From positions 1-64,000 of IMG/VR virus record IMGVR_UViG_3300037493_005685: a stretch of 64,000 nt of DNA. One strand, written 5' to 3'. Positions within the stretch are counted from its first letter, which is position 1. Every line of letters begins with the position of its first letter. Positions 1-8,923 of the stretch are shown here, one piece after another. A model generated the notes under the pieces. That model searched no databases. It was not told where the DNA came from and saw only the letters and a program-made list of their open reading frames with translations. The position numbers and the translations under genes are program-made. This DNA comes from a virus.

Positions 1-544
1 GCATGTGGAGCTTGGAGGCGAGGTTGTAGCCGATGTGGTCCCAGTCGAGGACCCGGAGCAGCGTGCCGATGCGATAGACCGTGTAAATCGGGACGACGGT
101 GGCCTCGTCGATCAGGGCGACGTTGGTGATGACGGAGGTGGTCGCCGCGCCCGTGGCGTAGGAGGCCACCACGTAGCTGAGGGTGTTGTCCGCGAAGGGG
201 GCGTTGGTGACGGCTGCGAGGCTGTACTCGACGATGTCGCCCGAGCCCAGGGCGTTGTCGTAGAGGCGCACGGTGCCCGTGCCGAGATTAGCCGTGCCGT
301 TCCCATTGTCCGTCCAGGTCGGCTGCACCGCGATGCCCGCCGAGAGATATTGGCGAACTGTGTCTACGTAGTCCTTTGTTGTAAGATCATCCCCACCTAA
401 CGGATCAGCTCCGCGCACTATGGCGTAAGCGTTGTTTGCGTTGTTTCTCGCTTCAACAACTCCAGCTGAGTTGTTTATTTTGGGGCCACCCTTGCCGAGT
501 TCAACGAGGGTACCAACGCCGTCTATGCCGTAGTGCTTAGCCAT
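1..544 (-). CDS. Virion structural / tail-fibre-like protein, truncated by the window edge (not in the ORF track)
   Basis: Translated by hand from ATG at 544: MAKHYGIDGVGTLVELGKGGPKINNSAGVVEARNNANNAYAIVRGADPLGGDDLTTKDYVDT... Open to the window edge, GAGG SD upstream, N-terminus paralogous to 597..1421. Confidence 0.8.
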   Translation of the reverse strand, partial: MAKHYGIDGVGTLVELGKGGPKINNSAGVVEARNNANNAYAIVRGADPLGGDDLTTKDYVDTVRQYLSAGIAVQPTWTDNGNGTANLGTGTVRLYDNALGSGDIVEYSLAAVTNAPFADNTLSYVVASYATGAATTSVITNVALIDEATVVPIYTVYRIGTLLRVLDWDHIGYNLASKLHM

Positions 545-596
545 AAATCACCTCTGAAAAACGTTACGGAGTAAACCAAAGAAAGAATAGGACTAG

Positions 597-1421
597 TCAC
601 GCTTCGGACCACTCGACAAAGAGAGTGGCTGCGCCCTGGCTGGAGCTGTCTGCCACGTAGGTAGCCGTGATCTGAGTCTCAGCTGGCATCATGTAGAACG
701 TGTCTACCCAACAGCATCCTGTAGCCTTCAGGTTGTTCTCAATCGCAGTCATGAAGCGGTCAGCGTCAGGCGACGCACCTGCGTCACCAACCGTAACCGT
801 GGGGGCTGTGCCGTTGAATGCCTGAGTCACGTTAACGCAGACGCGGAGGATACGCCCGTAGATGGGAATGACTGTCCCGACGTTTAACGACCCGGCAGAG
901 CCAAACACAAGGTCAACTTCTCGCGTCTTCGTAATCTTTGCAAGAGAAGTAGCTGCAGCTGGCCCCAGGTCAATCCAAGTAGTACCGTCTGCATCCCACA
1001 GATACGAATGGTCTGCTGAGAAAGTAAGGGTTCCACCAGATAAAGCATCTGTAACCGCAATCGAAAGACCTTCAGACGGTACAACCTCTTCCCAAGTAGC
1101 TCCATTATCGTAATAGAGGTACTTTACTGTGTACCCTCCACCAGTAGTCGTGCACACGTACACTCTACCAGCTACGCCCGCTGCAGGAGGAGAACCGCCA
1201 TTAATCTGACCAATGACAACAACCGCGCCCTTGGTCTGCAAGTACCGCAGGGTCACAACGTCGTTGGCATCAACAGGGTGTCCCGCACGAAGTTTTGCAA
1301 ACGCAGTACCGGCCTGGTCACGCGCTTCGATGGTGCCAGAGGAGTCAACGATCTTTGGTCCGCCCTTACCGAGCTCTACAGTCCCGTTAAGGCCGTTTAC
1401 GTCGTAATGTTTTGAGGTCAT
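597..1421 (-). CDS. Virion structural protein, paralog of 1..544 at the N-terminus
   Basis: Shares KHY..G....VELGKGGPKI..S.G..EAR...D..T..Y with the neighbour; beta-rich G/T/V composition. Confidence 0.7.
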   Translation of the reverse strand: MTSKHYDVNGLNGTVELGKGGPKIVDSSGTIEARDQAGTAFAKLRAGHPVDANDVVTLRYLQTKGAVVVIGQINGGSPPAAGVAGRVYVCTTTGGGYTVKYLYYDNGATWEEVVPSEGLSIAVTDALSGGTLTFSADHSYLWDADGTTWIDLGPAAATSLAKITKTREVDLVFGSAGSLNVGTVIPIYGRILRVCVNVTQAFNGTAPTVTVGDAGASPDADRFMTAIENNLKATGCCWVDTFYMMPAETQITATYVADSSSQGAATLFVEWSEA

Positions 1422-1444
1422 CTCTTCCTGCTCCTACCTGTGTC

Positions 1445-1837
1445 TCACACAGGGGCTGGTACGCGGGTGATCCGGTACCTAAAGGACAGATTTTCATCCA
1501 CACCGCTTGTTACGATAGTCCAACTCACGTTACCCCCCGTGAGAGTCGTTCCATAAGTAATTCCGGTGAACGGAGCCGCTTCGAAGTAGTTGAACTCATG
1601 TGACGTTAGGTATGAAGCAGTTCCATCATGCGAGATGGTAATCGTACCATCCTCTTTGTGGTGACTGACGAGCTTCTCAACCATATACTCAATCTTGAAT
1701 GAGCTATATGACGCAGCAGCACCAAGAAGAATGGATACGTTGTCAATGAGGCCAGTTACGTCTTCTTGGGTATAGGCGCTAAGGGGCTCGTACAGCTGGT
1801 CTGCACGTGGTTTAGTGAGGGCATTCTTTAGGTCCAT
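1445..1837 (-). CDS. Small virion/tail-associated protein
   Basis: 130 aa, beta-rich, inside the structural operon. Confidence 0.6.
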   Translation of the reverse strand: MDLKNALTKPRADQLYEPLSAYTQEDVTGLIDNVSILLGAAASYSSFKIEYMVEKLVSHHKEDGTITISHDGTASYLTSHEFNYFEAAPFTGITYGTTLTGGNVSWTIVTSGVDENLSFRYRITRVPAPV

Positions 1838-1862
1838 TCAAGTCTACCTTTCTAAACAGGGG

Positions 1863-2915
1863 CTACAGCGTCAAGGTACCAACTTCGCCTATCGTAGTTG
1901 TCTGAGTAGTATCTGATCCTTCGATGTAGGAAGATACACCTGAAGATAGACAGGCATACAGCGCTGCACCTTTACTGCCTCCAAGGCCCGAAGTTCCTGT
2001 TCCCATAGAATTATTTCCTGTACCACCAGAAACATCTAAAGTTAACGTTCCTGTTCCGGTACGCCTACCTACAAGAAGAATTATAGCACCTCCACCCCCA
2101 CCTCCTCCACCTCCCCCGCCGCCACTCCACTCTGCGTAACCGTTATCCCAGAAAGTGGCACCGAACCCACCAACTCCACCAGAGCCTCCAACACTGCTGA
2201 TAGTTAGCGAAGACCCTGCTGGTATATACAGGTGGTTTATGTACATACACAGAATACCACCAGAAGCACCACCAGCTCCTCCACCACCACCGTTGCACTT
2301 ATCAGGTGTATGGTCTATTGCACAACCAGCTCCTCCAGCTCCACCACCCCCACCCATGGCCGCTTTAAAAGCGGTATCTACAGTTTGGTGTAGGTCAAAT
2401 GTTAGCTTTGCGCGTTGAGGAATAATAACTGCGTTGGGGGTTGCACCTACCGTGCTATTTGATACACCCCAGTTACCGTTACCGCCCTTTCCCCCTTTAC
2501 CACTTCTTCCTCCAAAAACTTTAGTTGGACCGTAAACCCCTGGGGGTCTTGATGAGTCGCAAACAGCGCCTTGAAGAAGATAGATACCTCCTTCACCTGC
2601 AGCTGCAGCTACAAGGTTAATTTCAGCCGCTACGGCCGCACTTACCCCTCCTAGACCACCTCCGCTACCAGGATTTCCAGCTCCTCCTGCTCCGCCAGAC
2701 GCGGTCAACTTTGCAGCTGTAGCATTCGCCACATAAAGAGAACCCTTTACAAATACTCTGGCCCCATTCAAAACCAAAGACGCCGCTGTAGCTAACGTGA
2801 GGTCGTTGTAAGCAGCATCCGTAAAGATATGCGAACTCGAAAGTGTAACATCCCCTGACGCTCCGCTTCCAAACAGCGTACTTAACTCATGTACAGTCGT
2901 AGCTTGGTAGGTCAT
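1863..2915 (-). CDS. Glycine-rich tail-fibre-like protein
   Basis: FGSGASGDV, YNDLTL, LNGARVFVKG and poly-Gly GGGGGG-A-I-I motifs; paralog of 2912..3937. Confidence 0.7.
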   Translation of the reverse strand: MTYQATTVHELSTLFGSGASGDVTLSSSHIFTDAAYNDLTLATAASLVLNGARVFVKGSLYVANATAAKLTASGGAGGAGNPGSGGGLGGVSAAVAAEINLVAAAAGEGGIYLLQGAVCDSSRPPGVYGPTKVFGGRSGKGGKGGNGNWGVSNSTVGATPNAVIIPQRAKLTFDLHQTVDTAFKAAMGGGGGAGGAGCAIDHTPDKCNGGGGGAGGASGGILCMYINHLYIPAGSSLTISSVGGSGGVGGFGATFWDNGYAEWSGGGGGGGGGGGGAIILLVGRRTGTGTLTLDVSGGTGNNSMGTGTSGLGGSKGAALYACLSSGVSSYIEGSDTTQTTTIGEVGTLTL

Positions 2916-3937
2916 AAGGTGAAGTCTCCTGTTGCGCCTGGACCGCCAACAGAACCAGAAGGACTTCCCATAACTTTGTCAGTAGCGCCTACAGTTAAAA
3001 TATTTTTACCGAAACACACGTACAAGAAGGACCCAATAGACCCTCCGTAACCGCCGCTCCCTGCCGTACCCGTACCCGACCCTGCGCCACCTGACCCACC
3101 ATTGCCTCCGTTTATAGACACAGCCGCTAGTAGGTAACCGAGCACGTTATCACATACAATTTGTACGTAGCCGCCCGAACCACCACCACCGCCTGCTCCA
3201 CCGCCCGCTGGTCCTGGAGCGTAAGCAGCTCTACCATTACCGCCTGTTCCACCATTAACAGAAATAACGCCTCCGTTTGAACAGGTTACAAAAGCGATGT
3301 TGCGTGCGTAAATAAAGGCTGCACCTCCTCCAGCGCCACCGCCACCGCCACCGCCACCTGTGTGTATGTTATTCCCCCCACCACCCCCACCTCCTACACC
3401 GCCCATACCTACAAACAGTGAAGTGCTTCCTTTAAGTAAATGATGCCCAGGAGTTCTTGGTTGGAAAGTAGCATCTGGACTAACAGATGCTACCGCAGCA
3501 CCTCCACTCCAAGTAGCTGACCCACCTGAGCCACTAGTACCGCCTCTACCGCCAACACAGTTATATGTCTGAGTTGCCGCTCCGGAGGATCCCGCATTCA
3601 CAGAACCATATCCTCCGACACCTCCAGCTGTACCACCTCTAAAATGACCGTAGTTCCCTGCGACACCACCCAAACCACCCGTCTCAACCGTAGCTGTGGC
3701 CCCTGCTGCGCCAGCAGCAGAAATAGTCCCAGCGTCAGCGGTCACGAAGGTAAGCGTGTCTTTTACGAATAGTCGCCAGCCATTTAGGTTAAAGCGCGCG
3801 CCAGCTCGTAGAATCAGATTGTTGTAGGCTCTGTCGCCAATGAACGTCTGGGTAGAAGTTGTGTCTACATTACCTAAGGAGCCATCACCATACCAGAACG
3901 CTTTACGGAAGAACTCAAGCTTATTGAAGTAGGTCAT
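2912..3937 (-). CDS. Glycine-rich tail-fibre-like protein
   Basis: YGDGSLGNV, YNNLIL, LNGWRLFVKD and poly-Gly motifs; its stop overlaps the next start. Confidence 0.7.
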   Translation of the reverse strand: MTYFNKLEFFRKAFWYGDGSLGNVDTTSTQTFIGDRAYNNLILRAGARFNLNGWRLFVKDTLTFVTADAGTISAAGAAGATATVETGGLGGVAGNYGHFRGGTAGGVGGYGSVNAGSSGAATQTYNCVGGRGGTSGSGGSATWSGGAAVASVSPDATFQPRTPGHHLLKGSTSLFVGMGGVGGGGGGGNNIHTGGGGGGGGAGGGAAFIYARNIAFVTCSNGGVISVNGGTGGNGRAAYAPGPAGGGAGGGGGSGGYVQIVCDNVLGYLLAAVSINGGNGGSGGAGSGTGTAGSGGYGGSIGSFLYVCFGKNILTVGATDKVMGSPSGSVGGPGATGDFTL

Positions 3938-3945
3938 GCTAGCTC

Positions 3946-6234
3946 CTAGATGATGTGCCAGACGTTTGTCGGTGCGCCCTCATACAGCATCTTAGCCGAC
4001 TCATACAGGCCCAACGTAATCGAGGCAACGCCATCGATATTGTGGCCGTTCCCACTCACGGTAATGACGCCCGTGTTTACACTCTTTACGGTTAAGACGC
4101 GATTAGCGGCAGGAGACGCTTCCATAGTAACAGTGAAGTCTGTAGTCGAGCTGCAAACAAAGACTGTGCCGTTGGCGTCTCCAGCAACGACAGGATATGT
4201 AGTCGTCTTGCGGGATACTACTTCAGCGGTGCCGCTGCCTAGGTCAGCGATGGCTACGCCACTGTCGGAGATGTTTCCAAACGCATCTAATGTAACAATG
4301 GACCCTTCATTTCCATTTGGAAGGAAGCCGTCCATAACACGCGTGGTGTACCCATCGTCCCATACACCGGTAAGCTCCGTTGCAAGCCACGCTGATACGC
4401 CGTCACTGGTAAGTACCAATGTGCTGTAACTCTGGGTAGTATTCAGCCTATTTGCGTCTGTGCGACCCATCCACGAGAGATCGTCTCCAGAGAACCTATT
4501 TATAGTGAACGTATCAGGGGGTACCTCGCCCGCGTAAGTACCCAGAGAGATGATTCTCAACCAGTAACCAGCTCCAAAAGAAGAAGCTGCCGGAAGGATA
4601 ACATCACAAAAAGCATTTGCGCCTTTAATAGCGACAATGGTTTTGTTTCGGTCATACTCAGTGAGCGTAATGGTGTCTATCGCAGAATATATCTGAAAAG
4701 TCTCAGGTATATCGCGCAGCTCAGGCTTAGGCGGGGTGTCATAAACAATCGACATCGGCTGGGATACGAACGCGTGTTCTACCCCAGTTCCTGTAGCGTG
4801 AATAGTGATACGCGCGATAGGGACTACGTTACCCATCTCTGCGTAGTCAGGCTGTCTACCATCACCAGGTAGCATTGGAACCAGAGGGACTACTTCGTTC
4901 TTAGCCTCTCTCGCTGTCATATAGGTTGCGGTGCTGTACATCACACAAATAGACGCAGCGCCTACCTCAGCCATGGTACCCACATCTTCAGCGCATAACC
5001 TAGCGTATACCCAAAGATTTCCCCACAAACCCGCAGGTATCGCAGTGGGTGCAACTCCTACGTTGTCATAGTTACGCAGTAATGTGAGACTAGACGTAAC
5101 GCTAATATCCGTACCGTTATTCCACAAGTACGGTATAGGTGCGCCTCCGGGTGTAGCAGGTACTATGTAGCGCTTTAAACCATACTGAATAGACCCAGAC
5201 GTTATACCTAGTAAGTCCAACGCAGGGTTTACGGAAACTACGCAGCCGTTACGCCCTGTGATAGCGCCTAGTCCATACTTGAAAGATTGGTCAATCTTAG
5301 TCGTTAGGTCCTGATGATTACTGCGCATATCCGTTACGTAGTAGTATTCAGTATCGTCTTCTGAATACACCGTAAGCATAAAGAGCAGCGCCCTGGTTCG
5401 GTCATACGCCCTGTCCCAAGTCGCAGTAGACTGTATGATAGGTGTGGCTAATTCAGGGTCATATACCGCGTAAATATATCTTATAGGACCGATAGCTTCT
5501 ACGGACGTATTCGCAGCGACTCTATACGTCGTAAGCGCCGCTGTTGGATTTGTAGAAGAACGTAACGTCACATCTCCCGCATCAATAGATAAGAAATACC
5601 TAAGCGGGATAGGGTCTGGACCTGGGTCAGCCGTGATGCTTATTAAGTCAAATCCGCCAGTAACAGAGGTTGAGTATGTCTGGTTAAACCACTCGTCTCC
5701 CGTGTCTAGAGCTGTCACAGCACCAGACACTGGCATAAGAATATCTGAAAGATTTGTAGCGGTACCTATTGGTAGCGCATAAAAGCCTTTGTCACCGCTT
5801 GAGTTGGTTCCGTAGTAAGTAGTCGCTCCAGGTGAACCACTATCACCAACAAGTTTTACAACACCTGCAGTCTCGTCTACCGAGTCCTGAAAGTCATAAC
5901 CGTCAAACAGTGCGGGGAAGGGTAGGAACCCTTTAACGCCTGACTCATTTGTACCGTAGTACTGTCCAGCTACGGCGGTAAACAAATCATTAACAAGGGT
6001 TACATTATTCTCAATGTCTGCGACTACAGAGCCGCTAAAGGTATTTGTAGTTCCGCCACCGTTATCCCAAGCAGCGTTCATAGCAGCAATTAAGCTGGTA
6101 GTAGAACCGTAATTGGTTATAAAATCTTCCCACTCTTGCTGCGTACTGCTTAACATTAAAGCATCCCCACCAGCAGCATAGAGATAACCGTCAAGCCAAC
6201 CAAACGTCTCTTTAGTCTTTGTAATTTTGCTCAT
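3946..6234 (-). CDS. Tail fibre / receptor-binding-like protein
   Basis: 762 aa with two YYGTNxSGxKGFxxxP repeats and tail-fibre-like C-terminal beta modules. Confidence 0.65.
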   Translation of the reverse strand: MSKITKTKETFGWLDGYLYAAGGDALMLSSTQQEWEDFITNYGSTTSLIAAMNAAWDNGGGTTNTFSGSVVADIENNVTLVNDLFTAVAGQYYGTNESGVKGFLPFPALFDGYDFQDSVDETAGVVKLVGDSGSPGATTYYGTNSSGDKGFYALPIGTATNLSDILMPVSGAVTALDTGDEWFNQTYSTSVTGGFDLISITADPGPDPIPLRYFLSIDAGDVTLRSSTNPTAALTTYRVAANTSVEAIGPIRYIYAVYDPELATPIIQSTATWDRAYDRTRALLFMLTVYSEDDTEYYYVTDMRSNHQDLTTKIDQSFKYGLGAITGRNGCVVSVNPALDLLGITSGSIQYGLKRYIVPATPGGAPIPYLWNNGTDISVTSSLTLLRNYDNVGVAPTAIPAGLWGNLWVYARLCAEDVGTMAEVGAASICVMYSTATYMTAREAKNEVVPLVPMLPGDGRQPDYAEMGNVVPIARITIHATGTGVEHAFVSQPMSIVYDTPPKPELRDIPETFQIYSAIDTITLTEYDRNKTIVAIKGANAFCDVILPAASSFGAGYWLRIISLGTYAGEVPPDTFTINRFSGDDLSWMGRTDANRLNTTQSYSTLVLTSDGVSAWLATELTGVWDDGYTTRVMDGFLPNGNEGSIVTLDAFGNISDSGVAIADLGSGTAEVVSRKTTTYPVVAGDANGTVFVCSSTTDFTVTMEASPAANRVLTVKSVNTGVITVSGNGHNIDGVASITLGLYESAKMLYEGAPTNVWHII

Positions 6235-6242
6235 TGGTTACC

Positions 6243-7478
6243 TCAGGACGGTGCGCCGCCAGTAGTGGATACGATTGCAATGTCTACATATCCCGACCAA
6301 ATAACGTATGGATAATTGTTGGTGGAATCTTGCACAATATTGAGGTCTAGACTCGTAAGATTTGCGCTAGTGGCAGGCACTGAAAGGTCCCAACTACCTT
6401 CTGCGTACGCAGGCGTGCCAGAAAGAACATTCTTCTCGATAGTCCAGTCCTGATACGTGATGCCAGCGGCCGTAGCGATAGCCTGTATCTCGCCATCAAA
6501 GGTTACTAAGGCTGGTGTACTACCATCAGGCATATCAGATTTAGCAACCACATGAACTTGAATGTTCATAAAGGAATACGCAGGCACCGGACCTATGGCG
6601 AATAGCTCCGAGGGGTCCACGTATAGTTTTGATACAGCTCCAGCTGAAGTCGTTATGCCATTTACAGGTATGCGGACAGTCTGAGGATTCGTAATCTGTC
6701 CCGCAGATGAATTGTCATACCCTACTGAAAGAGACATAGGGAACGCATTTTGGTACCCGTAACCAAAACACGTAGAGCCGTCTAGGGACCTTACGCTGAC
6801 GCCAAAACAGAACGAGTAGTCGCCGTATGCGTCACTGGCAGACCCAAAAGCAATCGAGGAAATTCCTGTAGAAACAGAGTTGGCACCTAAAGCCCACGAA
6901 TTGGCTCCAACAGCCTCAGAGGCCACGCCTAATGACCACGAATAGTCGCCAGATGCGTCACCAAAATCAATACGCTGTAAAGAATCCGTTCCGGAGCCCA
7001 CCTCGAAGAAGGTGTCGCCTGTGCCGCCTCCTGTACCAGCCTTAGAGGCCAACACACGCAGAAACGCGTACATCTTTTCCCACCACCCATATTCAGGATG
7101 GCTGATGCTGTTGTCGTGTGTGGTCTCGTTTAGCGCCGGAAGACACAACTCAGTGTCATCAATTACAGTGGGAATACCGAAGTACAGAAGGTCCACGTCT
7201 TCATTCGGTGAACCGGGATTTACAGTGAGCTTAACGATGTAGCCGCCGTCTTGCTCGGCCATCAAAGTAGCCGATTGGCTCGTAACACCGCTTAGAATAC
7301 CAGCAGCACCTGGAGGCTGGATGAGTTCCCAGCGATAAACTTGCCCCGAGTTTTCAGCTTCAAAGGTAATGTCCCCGCCTGCCGTATAAGGGAGGATATC
7401 GCGTCTAGCTACCCCGTACGCCACAACTGGAACTGGGTTAGCTGCCTGGCTTATGCGGAAACTTGCGAGGTTTGCCAT
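6243..7478 (-). CDS. Virion protein with YadA-head-like repeats
   Basis: 14-residue repeats ASGDYSWSLG..SEAVGANSWALG..SVSTGISSIAFG..SDAYGDYSFCFG. Confidence 0.6.
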   Translation of the reverse strand: MANLASFRISQAANPVPVVAYGVARRDILPYTAGGDITFEAENSGQVYRWELIQPPGAAGILSGVTSQSATLMAEQDGGYIVKLTVNPGSPNEDVDLLYFGIPTVIDDTELCLPALNETTHDNSISHPEYGWWEKMYAFLRVLASKAGTGGGTGDTFFEVGSGTDSLQRIDFGDASGDYSWSLGVASEAVGANSWALGANSVSTGISSIAFGSASDAYGDYSFCFGVSVRSLDGSTCFGYGYQNAFPMSLSVGYDNSSAGQITNPQTVRIPVNGITTSAGAVSKLYVDPSELFAIGPVPAYSFMNIQVHVVAKSDMPDGSTPALVTFDGEIQAIATAAGITYQDWTIEKNVLSGTPAYAEGSWDLSVPATSANLTSLDLNIVQDSTNNYPYVIWSGYVDIAIVSTTGGAPS

Positions 7479-8657
7479 TTATAGATTCCTCATTGGTAGT
7501 CGAGGGGGATTATTGGTGGCTGAAGTACTTGCCCCAAAAAGGTCAATAAGCGCTTTTTCATTTTCAAAACCTAAGTTTGCCTCAGCCTTAGCATATAAAT
7601 CATCCACATAAGCGTCAGGGTTACGAGCCGCTGCTTTAGCGTACAGGTCATCTACGTATGCATCAGGGTTCGTTGTCCTAGACGTAGCTGCCACTCCGTC
7701 ATTAACGGCCGCGTCAGGCTCGCTAGGATTAACAACAGGCATAACACCTTCGTAGGTATTAAGCTCGTTATAATCGATGTCTGTGTCGTAGAAGCCTTTG
7801 TACGCAGCAGGCAACTTAGTAGGCGGAGCGGAAGAACCGCGAACAGGGGAGATATTCTGCACCAAGAATTGAAAGCTAAACGACGTGAACATCTCATTAG
7901 AAGATGAGATGTCCCACTGAAAGCGCGTCATGCCTCCAGTTATAATCATGGAGTCATAGCGTATTGACAGCATAAGCCCGCGTTGGGCTAGCCGCGTTCC
8001 TCGGCCCATATCAGAGTAGAGACGCCACATATTCATCGTCCAGTCATCCTGGTACGTGTTCATAAGAGCGCCACTGAACGTCCACATAGGCGCGCGTTGC
8101 CCAAAGAAGAAAGCTACGTAGTTATCTTCTAGAACTTCACTTACTTGGAATTTCTCATCGAGAGACTGGCTCACACTCATCAATATGAAATCGAGATACC
8201 CCGAGGTTTTTGTCTCTCCACCGCCTTTTGCGAGACCGAACACAGTGTCAGCTACCTTACGTAACTGGATGTCACGTTTCGTGTACGAGTTCCGAATATT
8301 CTCTAAAGATTTTTGTTTCTTTACTGGAATATAAATACGGGCAAGACCGCCTAGATTTACGCTTAAGCTATGTCCGCCATTATGCTTAACGTACTTAGGT
8401 GACATCGACGGATACGCCGCGTACACACCTATAGCGTCAACTGGTAGGTTAGTCGCGGAGTTAGCGCCTACAGCTTCGCCAGAACCCGTAAGAGAATAAG
8501 GAACAGCTTTGGGTGACATCGTCGAAGGATCGAGATGCGCGTCCCCATTGCTGTTAGGGATAGTTATCTTGCCCGTATTAACATACTGAAACCTAGAGAT
8601 GATATCAGTATTCTCGAACTGTGCCTTACTCGAAACGTTACTGGTGTCGTCAGCCAT
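7479..8657 (-). CDS. Probable baseplate/tail-hub protein
   Basis: Lies downstream of the tape-measure-like gene; FFFGQRAPMWTFSGALMN...FSFQFLV tube/hub-like strands; duplicated NPDAYVDDLYAKA near the C-terminus. Confidence 0.5.
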   Translation of the reverse strand: MADDTSNVSSKAQFENTDIISRFQYVNTGKITIPNSNGDAHLDPSTMSPKAVPYSLTGSGEAVGANSATNLPVDAIGVYAAYPSMSPKYVKHNGGHSLSVNLGGLARIYIPVKKQKSLENIRNSYTKRDIQLRKVADTVFGLAKGGGETKTSGYLDFILMSVSQSLDEKFQVSEVLEDNYVAFFFGQRAPMWTFSGALMNTYQDDWTMNMWRLYSDMGRGTRLAQRGLMLSIRYDSMIITGGMTRFQWDISSSNEMFTSFSFQFLVQNISPVRGSSAPPTKLPAAYKGFYDTDIDYNELNTYEGVMPVVNPSEPDAAVNDGVAATSRTTNPDAYVDDLYAKAAARNPDAYVDDLYAKAEANLGFENEKALIDLFGASTSATNNPPRLPMRNL

Positions 8658-8660
8658 GCG

Positions 8661-8921
8661 CTATTGCCTCGTCTGAAATTGTACGTCTGCAGTGTAGTCC
8701 TGCACGTCCAACAACGTCGTCTCGTTCACAATCGCGAACGCTGTAGAAACAATAGGAGGCCGCATCGCTGGCAGCTCTTCGGAGAGCGTGTTCATGGTCG
8801 TCTGCAACATTACGCCGTTAATATGGCGCAACAGGAACTCCGCTCGTGGCGGAATCTTCTTGATGCGTGGGGTTACTTGGGGCTTAACCTGCGCTTGGGA
8901 TATTTGATAGTCAGTTAGCAT
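8661..8921 (-). CDS. Hypothetical protein in the tail operon
   Basis: 86 aa, packed tightly between the tape-measure-like and hub-like genes. Confidence 0.6.
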   Translation of the reverse strand: MLTDYQISQAQVKPQVTPRIKKIPPRAEFLLRHINGVMLQTTMNTLSEELPAMRPPIVSTAFAIVNETTLLDVQDYTADVQFQTRQ

Positions 8922-8923
8922 GG

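Noticed and set aside
5-400. Plus-strand 131-aa ORF and the many similar antisense ORFs in the track
   Set aside because: They are shadows of real opposite-strand genes; here the true gene is minus-strand 1..544.
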